DNA of 64,000 nt. It comes from a bacterium. GTDB lineage: Bacteria > UBP6 > UBA1177. The DNA is taken from contig JAGCNV010000106.1 in assembly GCA_017645765.1 (NCBI GenBank), positions 7,301 through 71,300 on the forward strand. Reading direction: 5' to 3'. Of the stretch, positions 9,354-18,815 are shown in pieces (within the stretch, counting starts at the first letter, position 1; each line of letters opens with the position of its first letter). The notes under the pieces were generated by a model. The model had not been told where the DNA came from. It worked only from the letters and a program-made list of their open reading frames with translations, and made no database searches. The position numbers and the translations under genes were made by a program.

Positions 9354-9742
9354 TGAAATATCTGCTCGACACTCACACAATTCTCTGGTATCTCTACGGC
9401 GATGAAAGACTTTCGGAATCTGCAAGAAAAGTCATTGAATCAAATAAATGCTTTTACAGTTATGCGTCATTCTGGGAAATTTCAATAAAACAAAGTAAGA
9501 AAAAACTCGAATTTACCAGAACTGTTTTCGAAATTGATGAAATGTGCAAGATCGCGGGGTTTAAAAAGCTTCCTGTTACACTTGCAGATTTAGATGCAGT
9601 CAGAAATCTTCCGTTTCAAGACAATGTAAAGCATAATGACCCGTTTGACAGGCTTTTGATTTCACAAGCAATCGAAAACAATCTGACGATCATCACTCAC
9701 GATGATAAAATTTCACTGTACGATGTAGAAACTGTGTGGTAA
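9350..9742 (+). CDS. vapC: PIN-domain toxin (VapC family)
   Basis: 'MMKYLLDTHTILWYL...' has the PIN acidic motifs. C-terminal 'TIITHDDKI'. Confidence 0.8.
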   Translation: MMKYLLDTHTILWYLYGDERLSESARKVIESNKCFYSYASFWEISIKQSKKKLEFTRTVFEIDEMCKIAGFKKLPVTLADLDAVRNLPFQDNVKHNDPFDRLLISQAIENNLTIITHDDKISLYDVETVW

Positions 9743-9761
9743 CGGTTTCTATGAAGGCGAG
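9732..9761. repeat. Direct repeat copy 2 (CTGTGTGGTAACGGTTTCTATGAAGGCGAG), overlapping the vapC stop
   Basis: Identical to 9043..9072. In both copies the repeat supplies the final 'VW*' codons of the preceding ORF. Confidence 0.9.
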
Positions 9762-9787
9762 TTGCTCGCGCTCCGAAAAAAAGCAAT

Positions 9788-10003
9788 TTGCATTTTTTGC
9801 AAATTTGGTATCGCAAATTGCAACTTCAAGTTGCTAACCTCCTCGAATTACATACGGTTAAAATCCAACTTGTCGAACTTTATCAAAGCAGCAAGGCAAA
9901 TATCAGCGAGCATATCAGGCACATTTTTGAGGAAGGTGAACTTGATGAAAATCCAGTTGTTCGGAAATTCCGAACAGTTCAAAAGGCGCGATTCCATTTT
10001 TGA
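9788..10003 (+). pseudogene. RhuM-family (virulence protein RhuM) N-terminal fragment
   Basis: 'QLVELYQSSKANISEHIRHIFEEGELDENPVVRKFR' matches the conserved RhuM motif 'AELFQKDKRTISEHIxNIFxEGELDENSVVRKFR'. Only about 70 aa are present against a normal length of about 330. The fragment abuts the mnmA 3' end. Confidence 0.45.
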
Positions 10004-10014
10004 ACTGCTTCGAA

Positions 10015-11088
10015 TCAAAACCCTTTTTCTATGATTCCGCCGCCCTGAAGGATACCGTCTTCGCGGTAAATTGCGACTGCCTGACCGGGAGTTACCGAAA
10101 GCTGCGGCGTTTCGAAAACGACTTTGAATCTGCCGCCTTCCAGGATTGAAACTGTTGCCGGGCACTCTTTGTGTTTCTGTCTGATTTTGACCAACGCTTT
10201 GAATTCATTAGGATTTTCAATGTCGTCAAGCAGATTGAGTTCCGCCCCTTCAAGTCCTTCGGAAAATAAATGCTCCTTTTCGGTGACAACGATCTCATTC
10301 TTTTCGGCATCGATTCTGAGGACAAAAAGCGGTTTCGGATTGCTGATCCCGAGCCCTTTGCGCTGGCCTACGGTGTAGTGGATTATTCCTTTGTGGCGGC
10401 CTAAAATTTTGCCGTTTTCGTCAACGATATTCCCCTCTTTCACAACTTCGTCGTCAAAAAGCACAGCGTGGTTGCCGCCCATAAAATCCTGACTTTCCTC
10501 TTTTTCGGCAACGGGAAGATGGAACTTTCTCGCCGTTTCGCGCACTTCGTCCTTCGTCATGTTTCCGAGCGGAAAAATGATGTGCGGAAGCCATTCGCGA
10601 CGCAGCATTTGCAGGAAATAGCTCTGGTCTTTCGCCGTATTCAACGCTTTCGCGAGGAAAAACTTGCCGTTTTCTTCAATAATTCTCGCATAATGGCCTG
10701 TCGCAAAAAGGTCGATCCCAAGTTCGGCGCGAGCCTTTTCGAAAAGAAGCCCGAACTTCATCTTGAAATTGCATCTCACACACGGATTCGGCGTTCTGCC
10801 GCACATGTATTCGTGCTTGAAATACGAAATTATGTTTTCGCGGTATGCCTCGCTCAAATCAAAAACTTTATAAGGGATATCAAGCACTTTTGCGATTTCT
10901 TCAACCGCTTCCAAGCTTTCTCCCTCGCAAGGTCCGTAGCATGAATCAGGCATCGGACCCTCGACATGAAGCGAACCGTCCCAGTTAGACATCGTGACTC
11001 CGACGACATCGTAACCCTGCTGTTTGAGAAGTGCCGCTGCAACTGCGGAATCGACTCCGCCGCTTAAGCCCACAGCGATTTTTGCCAT
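10015..11088 (-). CDS. mnmA: tRNA-specific 2-thiouridylase
   Basis: 'MAKIAVGLSGGVDSAVAAALL' PP-loop. Full-length MnmA-like sequence. Confidence 0.95.
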   Translation of the reverse strand: MAKIAVGLSGGVDSAVAAALLKQQGYDVVGVTMSNWDGSLHVEGPMPDSCYGPCEGESLEAVEEIAKVLDIPYKVFDLSEAYRENIISYFKHEYMCGRTPNPCVRCNFKMKFGLLFEKARAELGIDLFATGHYARIIEENGKFFLAKALNTAKDQSYFLQMLRREWLPHIIFPLGNMTKDEVRETARKFHLPVAEKEESQDFMGGNHAVLFDDEVVKEGNIVDENGKILGRHKGIIHYTVGQRKGLGISNPKPLFVLRIDAEKNEIVVTEKEHLFSEGLEGAELNLLDDIENPNEFKALVKIRQKHKECPATVSILEGGRFKVVFETPQLSVTPGQAVAIYREDGILQGGGIIEKGF

Positions 11089-11099
11089 GTTTCCTCCGG

Positions 11100-12374
11100 C
11101 TATTTTTCGTTAAGAATGTGTTTTATGTCGTAAAGCTGCGGATCTTCGTCTAAATTCTTTGAAAACCATTTGTAATCGTCCTTATTAATATAATGTAAAT
11201 TTTCAAACATCATTTTGTAATTGTCAGTTCCGATATCGACAAGGCGCGGTTTGATCTTTCCGGTTTCGGGATCTTCAATGTCTTTAAGGTAGAGCGGAGA
11301 AACCGTTCCGTCATTGTTACAGACTACGATGCAGCCTGAAAAGCCGCGGTCGAAAAGCTCTTTTACGCCGAAACCGAGCAGCGTGCAGTATTTAAGGTCG
11401 AATGCGCACGGCGGACAACACCTTAGTTCGTATCCAAGCTCCGTAGGTCTGCATTTGACCTTAAGGTTGATTTTTTCCCTACATTTAACTTTACCATCGA
11501 GTTTTTTCAATTCTTCGTTGAGGAGAACGTTGAATATATGCGCTTTCGAGATGTTTCCGAGTTCTGGATGTCCGTGCTCGTCGAATGAGAACTTGATACC
11601 CGAACTGACGATCTCTTTGTCCGACATGAAGTGGAAAACGCCTTCGCTTATCATTATCGCACCGTAATCCATATCTAACTTTTGGGTTTGTGTGTACTTT
11701 TTTCTTTTTAGAATCGAAGAGATCATCATTTTTATGATCCTGTCGAAAGTGATCTCGACTTTTTTGAACATTTCGGGGATGATTATCATCGGATAGTGAC
11801 ATGCCACGCCGATATCGAAAGCAAGATGACCTGCTTCCCTGCCCATCGAGGAAACTACAAACCAGTTGCCGCTCGTTCTTGCGTCTTCGTAAATGGTAGT
11901 TGCGATCCTGACACCTTCGTTTTGTGCTGACTGATAGCCGAAAGTAGGAAGTGCTTTTGGGAGCGGAAGGTCGTTGTCGATCGTCTTCGGAACATGGATA
12001 TTTCTGACGGGAAGGTTCTTCTCGTTCAGATATTTTGTGATCCTGTTCGCAGTGGAAGCGGTATCGTCGCCGCCGATCGTGACAAGCAGCTTGACATTGT
12101 TTTTGATGAAGAAATCGGGCTTGAATTCGCTGTCTTTCGGTTTGTAGCGGCTCATCTTGAGGAAGGAACCGCCGCGGTTGAAGTAGTGGTCGATAAGGTT
12201 GAAATCAATGTCAACGGTATCGACATGGTCTGTGAAAAGTGTCTCCGTGCCGTAGTTGATGCCAATGACTCTGTATCCTGCCTTCCGAAAGACTTTGGCT
12301 ATCGAGCAGACGACAGTGTTTATGCCAGGGGCCGGGCCGCCGGAGCAGAGAATTGCAACGGATTTTTTATCCAT
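11100..12374 (-). CDS. 6-phosphofructokinase (PFK family, possibly PPi-dependent)
   Basis: 'ILCSGGPAPGINTV' and 'LVTIGGDDTASTA' PFK motifs. 424 aa. Confidence 0.85.
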   Translation of the reverse strand: MDKKSVAILCSGGPAPGINTVVCSIAKVFRKAGYRVIGINYGTETLFTDHVDTVDIDFNLIDHYFNRGGSFLKMSRYKPKDSEFKPDFFIKNNVKLLVTIGGDDTASTANRITKYLNEKNLPVRNIHVPKTIDNDLPLPKALPTFGYQSAQNEGVRIATTIYEDARTSGNWFVVSSMGREAGHLAFDIGVACHYPMIIIPEMFKKVEITFDRIIKMMISSILKRKKYTQTQKLDMDYGAIMISEGVFHFMSDKEIVSSGIKFSFDEHGHPELGNISKAHIFNVLLNEELKKLDGKVKCREKINLKVKCRPTELGYELRCCPPCAFDLKYCTLLGFGVKELFDRGFSGCIVVCNNDGTVSPLYLKDIEDPETGKIKPRLVDIGTDNYKMMFENLHYINKDDYKWFSKNLDEDPQLYDIKHILNEK

Positions 12375-12412
12375 GGTTTTTGCCTCACAAAATATTAAAT
12401 AAAATCAGGTTG

Positions 12413-13777
12413 TTATTCAAAAAGTGCCTCAACGAATTCATTCGGATCGAAAGGTCTGAGATCTTCTATTTTCTCGCCTACTCCGACAAGGTAGACCGGC
12501 AGACCGAGTTCTTTAGCTATGCCGATGAGAACGCCGCCTTTCGCGCTGCCGTCGAGCTTCGTGATGATGATGCCCGTAACTTTTACGGCCTCGCTGAACT
12601 GTTTCGCCTGTGTCAGCGCGTTCTGGCCGTTGTTCGCATCGATCACGATTATAGTTTCATGCGGCGCACCGGGCTTTGCCTTGCCGATAACACGGTTTAT
12701 CTTGATAAGCTCTTCCATAAGGTTTACGCGGTTCTGAAGCCTTCCCGCCGTATCGACAAGAAGAACGTCAACATCTTTACTGATCGCGCTGTTCACCGCG
12801 TTGAAAGCGACCGAAGCCGGATCCGCGCCGTCTTTATCGCTTATTACTGTGCAGTTGTTCCGCTCGCCCCAAACCTTGAGCTGCTCGACCGCCGCCGCAC
12901 GGAAGGTGTCTCCTGCCGCAAGAACGGGAACTTTGCCCTGAGCGATGAATTTATGCGCAAGTTTGCCGATAGTCGTCGTTTTTCCCGCGCCGTTTACGCC
13001 GACCATGAGGAATACCGTCGGTTTTTCGGTAAGCTCCGGAAAAGGCTTGTAATTTTCGACAAGAACTTCGCGGATTTTCTCTTTCAGAAAGAGTTTAACA
13101 TCGTCGCCGCTTTTGAACTGCGAGCGGTTTTTGTTTACGAGATCCATGAGCCAGGAAACTGTCGTGACACCCATGTCGGCAGTGTAGAGGATCTCCTCAA
13201 GCTCTTCGATCAGGTCGTCGTCAACGACATTGTTCCTGAAAAGGCCGATGAGACGCGACATAAAACCGCCTTTCCTGGTTTTTTCGAGGCCGGATTTGAT
13301 TGTTGCGGCGGGTTGTTCGGGTTCCGGAGACGTTTCAGGTAACGTCTCTACAGGTGCAGGTTCCGAGGGTTGTTCTGGTTCCTGAGACGTTTCAGGTGAC
13401 GTCTCTACGGATTCAGGTTCCTCGGTTTTTTCCGGTTCCGGTTCTGTCGGTTGTGCGGGTTCAATCGGTTTTTGAGACGTTTCGGGAAACGTCTGTACAT
13501 CCTGTTCCTCGAACAATTGGATTTCAGCGCCTGCCTCTTTGAAAGGAGGTTCTTCCGTGTTTTCGACAACAGGTTCGATCTCAGCTTTAAGCTTTTGGTC
13601 GGCTTTTATGAGTTTGTCGATTTCGTCTTCTTCGGTTTCTTCCTTTTTCTCTTTTTTCTTGTCGGGCCAGAAAATAACGATCAAAAGCAGAAGCAAAAGA
13701 ACCGCCGGCACGATATAGAAAAACAATTCGCCGTTTTTAAGGCTTTCTTCAATCCACGCTTGCATATCCAACTCCAA
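12413..13777 (-). CDS. ftsY: Signal recognition particle receptor FtsY, with an N-terminal TM segment and an acidic Pro/Glu/Thr repeat linker
   Basis: 'GVNGAGKTTTIGKLA' and 'DTAGR' SRP GTPase motifs. Repeats of the type 'PETSQEPEQPSEPAPVETLPETSPEPEQP'. Confidence 0.9.
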   Translation of the reverse strand: MELDMQAWIEESLKNGELFFYIVPAVLLLLLLIVIFWPDKKKEKKEETEEDEIDKLIKADQKLKAEIEPVVENTEEPPFKEAGAEIQLFEEQDVQTFPETSQKPIEPAQPTEPEPEKTEEPESVETSPETSQEPEQPSEPAPVETLPETSPEPEQPAATIKSGLEKTRKGGFMSRLIGLFRNNVVDDDLIEELEEILYTADMGVTTVSWLMDLVNKNRSQFKSGDDVKLFLKEKIREVLVENYKPFPELTEKPTVFLMVGVNGAGKTTTIGKLAHKFIAQGKVPVLAAGDTFRAAAVEQLKVWGERNNCTVISDKDGADPASVAFNAVNSAISKDVDVLLVDTAGRLQNRVNLMEELIKINRVIGKAKPGAPHETIIVIDANNGQNALTQAKQFSEAVKVTGIIITKLDGSAKGGVLIGIAKELGLPVYLVGVGEKIEDLRPFDPNEFVEALFE

Positions 13778-13861
13778 AAATCATTAAAAAATTCGGCTAA
13801 CTGCCGAAAAACGCGTAATTATTGCCAAAAAGCGCGCTAAATCAAGAAAATGCGGATTTAA

Positions 13862-14947
13862 TCAATCGAGATCGTATTTTTCAAAAACAAAGGCGAAATC
13901 GCGTCTGACCTGCTCTTCGGTAAGTCCGAACTGTTCAAGTGAATAGATGTGCTCGGTTTTGAAAGTCTTCTGCTTTTCAGACTGAATTTTCAGCGCGGCC
14001 GCGAACTTTTCATCTTTTTTAAGATCACAGAAAGAGATTATCCGCTCGAAAGTGTTGTCGAAATCTGTCATAAGCTGCTTGTGGGTGAGAAGCAGGAAAT
14101 TCGGCGAATTTTTCTTTTTTTCGGCGATCTCGTCGAACATTTTGTAGTAGAAAAGCGAGGTGAGGTACATGTTTTTCAGAAATCTCTGCTGGAGCTCGAC
14201 CGGCTGCGAACTATAGTTGTTGAGCGACTCCTGGACCCGTTTTTCAAGCGACATCATCGAAGGGACGGCTTCGAGCGGATTTCTGATTATCAGCATGATG
14301 CGCGGATTTTCATAAATTTCTTCGATTTTATCGACCGCAAAAAGCTGCGCGAACGACTTCGAGGACATTCTTCTCCCCGTTTTCCAGATATTTTTGCGGT
14401 GGATATCCTGAAGATACTCTGCAAATTTTTCCTGCCCTGCAACTTCGACGAGTTCACGCTCAAAAGTGTCGCTTTCGTCGAACTTCTGCCAGCAGTAGAA
14501 ATAAATCCACGAGAGAAGACCGTCGAAATAGCGCATCGAAAGGGCAATATCATCTGTTTCCATCGAAAAAAGGTCGGTTTTGTGGATTTTCGGGTCCCAG
14601 ACTCCGTCAAAAGAGAGGTTTTTCACGAGCGGAAGGAATGGTTTTATGATTTTCCGCATAAAAATTGAGGGAAAAACCATCTCCCACATCACGAAACCAC
14701 GCAGTTCATCGCAGTTCTCAGTCAGAAAACGGTGCAAAAAAGTCGTTCCGCTGCGCAAGTGACCGATTAAAAAGACAGGCTTTTCGATTTTCTGCTTAGC
14801 CGCGCCGGGAAAGAAAATTTTATCCAGAAACAGCGTAACTTTCATCAGCGCGCCGATGAAAGTTCTGAAAATCAGGATACCGATGTATTTGAAGCGGAAA
14901 CCGAAAGCCGAATACAAAATTTTAAGGATTTTTAGTGTCTGCGACAT
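13862..14947 (-). CDS. Membrane-anchored sulfotransferase-family protein
   Basis: 5'-PSB-like 'FLIGHLRSGTTFLHRFL' and 3'-PB-like 'LIIRNPLEAVPSMMS' motifs. N-terminal hydrophobic segment. Confidence 0.6.
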   Translation of the reverse strand: MSQTLKILKILYSAFGFRFKYIGILIFRTFIGALMKVTLFLDKIFFPGAAKQKIEKPVFLIGHLRSGTTFLHRFLTENCDELRGFVMWEMVFPSIFMRKIIKPFLPLVKNLSFDGVWDPKIHKTDLFSMETDDIALSMRYFDGLLSWIYFYCWQKFDESDTFERELVEVAGQEKFAEYLQDIHRKNIWKTGRRMSSKSFAQLFAVDKIEEIYENPRIMLIIRNPLEAVPSMMSLEKRVQESLNNYSSQPVELQQRFLKNMYLTSLFYYKMFDEIAEKKKNSPNFLLLTHKQLMTDFDNTFERIISFCDLKKDEKFAAALKIQSEKQKTFKTEHIYSLEQFGLTEEQVRRDFAFVFEKYDLD

Positions 14948-15000
14948 TTTTCACCTTTAAAGAATATCCGTCTGACTAACGGAAAAGAACGAAAAAACGG

Positions 15001-15450
15001 TTACTTTTTGAGAAGATCTCTGATTTCGGTAAGAAGAACGATCTGAGGATCCGGAGCCGGTGCCGGAGCAGCAGCTGCTGCTGCTTCTTCAGCAGCCTTC
15101 GTAGCCTTTTCAAGTTTTTCCTTAGCGGTATTGATTATTTTGATGAAAAGGAAGATCGAAAACGCAACGATGAGGAAATCGAAAGTGGTCTGAAGGAAGT
15201 TTCCGTATTTCAGAAGGACAGCAGGTTTTGCCGCAACGCCTTCAGCAGCGGGAACAGCCTCTTTCAGAGTGATGGCGAGGTCGGTAAAGTTGACACCGCC
15301 GACGATAAGACCGATGAGCGGCATGATGACATCGTTGACGACCGAAGTTACGATCTTGCCGAAGGCACCGCCGATGATGATACCGACAGCCATGTCCATA
15401 ACGTTTCCCTTCATTGCGAAATCTTTGAATTCCTTAAGCAGATTTTTCAT
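15001..15450 (-). CDS. mscL: Large-conductance mechanosensitive channel
   Basis: '[27 protein letters not shown]' is the MscL N-terminus. Confidence 0.9.
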   Translation of the reverse strand: MKNLLKEFKDFAMKGNVMDMAVGIIIGGAFGKIVTSVVNDVIMPLIGLIVGGVNFTDLAITLKEAVPAAEGVAAKPAVLLKYGNFLQTTFDFLIVAFSIFLFIKIINTAKEKLEKATKAAEEAAAAAAPAPAPDPQIVLLTEIRDLLKK

Positions 15451-15465
15451 TTTTCTCTCCCTTGG

Positions 15466-16428
15466 TTATTTATTCAACAATCTTTTGCTGAGAACTTTGA
15501 TCATATCCTCAGTCATAGTGTCCAAATCGTAACTCGGTGCCCAGTCCCACTCAGCTCTTGCGCAGGAGTCGTCCATTTTGTTCGGCCAGCTTTCAGCGAT
15601 GCCCTGGCGGACCGGATCAATGTCGTAATCCATCGTGAAATCGGGAATGACTTTTTTGATTGCAGCTGCGATCTGTTCCGGCTCAAAGCTCATCGAAGCG
15701 ACGTTGAAGCAGTTTCTGTGGATGAATCTCGAAGAATCGGCTTCCATTACGCCGATAGCAGCTTTGAGACAGTCCGGCATATACATCATATCCATGTAAG
15801 TTCCGGCTTTGATGTAGCAGGTGTAGTGATGTTTTTTGATTGCTTCGTAGTAAATATCGACTGCGTAGTCCGTCGTGCCGCCGCCGGGCAGGGTGACGTT
15901 CGAAATGATACCCGGAAATCTGACGCCTCTCGTATCGACGCCGTATTTTTTATAGTAGTAGTCGCAGAGAAGTTCGCCCGCGACTTTGGTAACACCGTAC
16001 ATCGAAGTGGGGCGCTGGATCGTGTCCTGCGGAGTGTTGTCCTTCGGGGTAGCCGGGCCGAAAGAACCGATAGAACTCGGAGTGAAAAGCTGGAAATGAA
16101 GCTCTCTCGCGATTTCGAGAAGGTTCATCAGACCGCCGAGGTTGATTTTCCACGAAAGCTGAGGTTTCTGCTCGCCGACACTCGAAAGAAGAGCAACGAG
16201 GTTATAAACCGCGTCAACATTATATTTTTTGATGATCTCGGAAACACGCGCCGTGTCGAGAATATCAGCCTGTTCGTAAATACCGTTAACAAGCGTCGGA
16301 GCAAGCTGAGACGGATCTTTAAGATCTGCCGCAACAACATTGTTTTCACCGTAAATTCTTCTGAGTTCGGGAACAAGTTCGCTTCCGATCTGACCGCTGG
16401 CACCCACAACAAGAATTCTTTTCATTTT
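15466..16428 (-). CDS. NAD-dependent epimerase/dehydratase (L-threonine 3-dehydrogenase-like subfamily)
   Basis: 'MKRILVVGASGQIGSEL' Rossmann motif. The YxxxK region is present. Confidence 0.8.
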   Translation of the reverse strand, partial: KMKRILVVGASGQIGSELVPELRRIYGENNVVAADLKDPSQLAPTLVNGIYEQADILDTARVSEIIKKYNVDAVYNLVALLSSVGEQKPQLSWKINLGGLMNLLEIARELHFQLFTPSSIGSFGPATPKDNTPQDTIQRPTSMYGVTKVAGELLCDYYYKKYGVDTRGVRFPGIISNVTLPGGGTTDYAVDIYYEAIKKHHYTCYIKAGTYMDMMYMPDCLKAAIGVMEADSSRFIHRNCFNVASMSFEPEQIAAAIKKVIPDFTMDYDIDPVRQGIAESWPNKMDDSCARAEWDWAPSYDLDTMTEDMIKVLSKRLLNK

Positions 16429-16618
16429 TTTCTCCAATAAAAAACCATAATCCGATCTGCGCCGATCCGCAGACTTTTACGAAATCGGAAATATAGTCAT
16501 AATTATTTTCAGTACAAAAAAATTTTGATTTTTCCGCTTAAAATTTCTTTCAGAGGAAGTTGTTCTATGGTCAACATACCGAAATTACTGAAAATTTTCA
16601 AAAAACCGCAATTTTTTC

Positions 16619-16646
16619 TTGACTTTGGACTTTACTTGCGTAACAT
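16619..16646 (+). promoter_or_regulatory. Putative sigma70-like promoter for rplM-rpsI (TTGACT, 16-nt spacer, TAACAT)
   Basis: Sequence match only. Fibrobacteres promoter consensus is not well defined. Confidence 0.25.
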
Positions 16647-16685
16647 CTTCCCGCTTTTTTGGTAACTGACATGAGGAAGAGTGTC

Positions 16686-17144
16686 ATGGAATTGACAAAA
16701 TACAAAAGAAAAGAAGACGTTAAGAGAGAATGGTTCGAGATCGACGCAACGGGCGTCAGACTCGGAAGACTTGCGACGGCTGTTGCAAACATCCTTCGCG
16801 GAAAAACAAAAGTTGACTACACACCGAGCGTTGACTGCGGTGACTATGTAGTTATCACGAATGCCGAAAAGATTGACCTTACCGGCAGCAAGCTTACTGA
16901 AAAGAATTATTACCATTATTCAGGTTATCAGAGCGGTATGAAATCGCTTACGGCAGCTGAAATGATTCAGAAACATCCTGATTACCTCATTCTTCACGCT
17001 GTAAAAGGAATGATGCCGAAGAATAAACTTGCGAACCAGATTATGACCAAGCTCAAAATCTTCGCAGGAAACGAACACGCTCACGCAGCTCAGCAGCCGA
17101 TCAAGCTCAGAGTTGACGTAACCGGAAAAGTAGAAAAAATTTAA
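16686..17144 (+). CDS. rplM: 50S ribosomal protein L13
   Basis: 'REWFEIDATGVRLGRLATAVANILRGK' is the L13 signature. The track ORF starts earlier, at 16659. Confidence 0.95.
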   Translation: MELTKYKRKEDVKREWFEIDATGVRLGRLATAVANILRGKTKVDYTPSVDCGDYVVITNAEKIDLTGSKLTEKNYYHYSGYQSGMKSLTAAEMIQKHPDYLILHAVKGMMPKNKLANQIMTKLKIFAGNEHAHAAQQPIKLRVDVTGKVEKI

Positions 17145-17161
17145 CTATTTGGAGATAAAGA

Positions 17162-17548
17162 ATGGAACAGTGGTACGCTACCGGCAAAAGAAAAACAGCA
17201 GTCGCAAGAGTTTTTTTGAGACCGGGAAAAGGTGAAATCGTTGTCAACGGTAAAACCACAAAAGAGTATTTTTACACCGACAGCAACATTATTAAAATCG
17301 ATGCTCCTCTCGCAATCACGAAAACACAGGGTAAATTCGACATCCTTGTTACGGTTTGCGGCGGCGGAATCTGCGCTCAGGCTGAAGCAGTCAGACACGG
17401 CATTTCAAAAGCTCTCGTTGAGTATGATCCGGAAATGAGACCGGCTCTCAAGAAGGAAGGTTTCCTGAGAAGAGATGCAAGAATGAAAGAGAGAAAGAAA
17501 TACGGTCTTCGTTCTGCAAGAGCAAGATACCAGTTCTCGAAGAGATAA
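17162..17548 (+). CDS. rpsI: 30S ribosomal protein S9
   Basis: 'WYATGKRKTAVARV...' ending '..RYQFSKR'. Confidence 0.95.
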   Translation: MEQWYATGKRKTAVARVFLRPGKGEIVVNGKTTKEYFYTDSNIIKIDAPLAITKTQGKFDILVTVCGGGICAQAEAVRHGISKALVEYDPEMRPALKKEGFLRRDARMKERKKYGLRSARARYQFSKR

Positions 17549-17579
17549 TATTTTATATACGGTTTCTCTGATTTTTCTG

Positions 17580-17616
17580 CCCCCTCTCCTCAAAAGAGGG
17601 GGTTTTTGTGTTTTTG
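17580..17616 (+). terminator. Rho-independent terminator after rpsI
   Basis: CCCCCTCT-cctcaaa-AGAGGGGG hairpin followed by TTTTTGTGTTTTT. Confidence 0.8.
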
Positions 17617-17626
17617 GGAGGTATTT

Positions 17627-18790
17627 ATGTTGAGACCTTACCTTTTTACATCGGAATCAGTCACTGAAGGACATCCGGACAAAGTCGCAGATCAGGTTTC
17701 TGACGCTATTCTCGATGCCATTTTAGAACGCGACAGATTTGCAAGAGTCGCATGCGAAACTTTCGTCACGACAGGTCTTGTCGTTGTCGGCGGCGAAATC
17801 ACGACAAACACTTACGTCGATATTCCGGAAATCGTCAGAAACACGATCATGGAAATCGGCTACAAAGATACAAAAACCTGCGGCTTCGACGGTCACACAT
17901 GCGGCGTTCTTTCGACTATCGACAAGCAGTCTCCTGACATCGCTCAGGGCGTAAACGCAGGTGAAGGTCTTTTCAAGGAGCAGGGTGCAGGCGATCAGGG
18001 AATGATGTTCGGCTATGCAACCGATGAAAACAAAGATTTCATGCCGACTCCGATAAATCTCGCGCACCAGCTTGCATTCAAACTTGCCGAAATCAGAAAA
18101 AGCGGCTCGGCTCCTTTTATTCTTCCCGACGGAAAAACTCAGGTCACAGTCCGTTACGAAGACGATATGCCGGTCGCTGTCGACAAAATCGTTGTCAGCA
18201 CTCAGCACAAAGAAGAGGCAGACTACGACACAATCAGGCAGACTGTCATCGATAAAGTTATAAGACCGGTTATTCCGTCTCATCTCATGCACGATAAAAC
18301 CGAGATTTTCATAAATCCGACCGGCAAATTCGTAATCGGCGGTCCTGTCGCAGACACAGGTCTCACCGGCAGAAAAATCATAGTTGACACTTACGGCGGA
18401 ATGGGTCGTCACGGCGGCGGCGCCTTCTCCGGCAAAGATCCGTCAAAAGTCGACAGATCAGCATGCTACATGGCGCGTTACATCGCTAAAAACGTAGTCG
18501 CAGCAGGGCTTGCAAAAAGATGCGAAGTTCAGCTTGCATACGCAATCGGAGTCGCGGAACCTGTTTCCGTTTCGGTTTATGTCAACACTTTCGGAACAGC
18601 TGCGACCAAAGAATCCGACATCGAAAGAGCTGTCAAAAAGTGCTTCGACATGCGTCCGGCTGCAATTATCGAGCAGCTTGACCTGCTCAGGCCGATTTAC
18701 AAACAGACCGCAGCTTACGGTCACTTCGGCAGAGACTGCTTCAGCTGGGAAAAGACCGACAGAACAGAAGATCTCAAATCATTGATTTAG
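17627..18790 (+). CDS. metK: S-adenosylmethionine synthetase
   Basis: '[25 protein letters not shown]' and '[16 protein letters not shown]' MetK signatures. Confidence 0.95.
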   Translation: MLRPYLFTSESVTEGHPDKVADQVSDAILDAILERDRFARVACETFVTTGLVVVGGEITTNTYVDIPEIVRNTIMEIGYKDTKTCGFDGHTCGVLSTIDKQSPDIAQGVNAGEGLFKEQGAGDQGMMFGYATDENKDFMPTPINLAHQLAFKLAEIRKSGSAPFILPDGKTQVTVRYEDDMPVAVDKIVVSTQHKEEADYDTIRQTVIDKVIRPVIPSHLMHDKTEIFINPTGKFVIGGPVADTGLTGRKIIVDTYGGMGRHGGGAFSGKDPSKVDRSACYMARYIAKNVVAAGLAKRCEVQLAYAIGVAEPVSVSVYVNTFGTAATKESDIERAVKKCFDMRPAAIIEQLDLLRPIYKQTAAYGHFGRDCFSWEKTDRTEDLKSLI

Positions 18791-18815
18791 TCCCCCAAGA
18801 AAAAAATCACAAGAT

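Noticed and set aside
8741-9425. Minus-strand ORFs of 176 aa (8741-9271) and 100 aa (9123-9425) across the Abi remnant and TA region
   Set aside because: They overlap the well-supported DUF2281/PIN genes on the opposite strand and have no motifs or RBS. They are likely spurious.
12353-13342. 329-aa plus-strand ORF antisense to ftsY
   Set aside because: ftsY on the minus strand has canonical SRP-GTPase motifs. The antisense product is R/F-rich low complexity.
13949-14668. 239-aa plus-strand ORF antisense to the sulfotransferase gene
   Set aside because: The minus-strand ORF is longer, has PAPS-binding motifs, and sits in an operon-like arrangement. The antisense ORF has no features.
16440-16660. 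Divergent strand switch considered as a replication origin
   Set aside because: There is no dnaA, and no DnaA-box cluster or AT-rich DUE was recognised. A second strand switch occurs at 47.3 kb. Divergent promoters (epimerase vs rplM) are sufficient to explain it.
17549-17626. SAM riboswitch upstream of metK
   Set aside because: Only about 80 nt separate rpsI and metK. Most of this is the rpsI terminator hairpin, which leaves no room for a roughly 100-nt SAM-I aptamer and no conserved SAM-box motifs.
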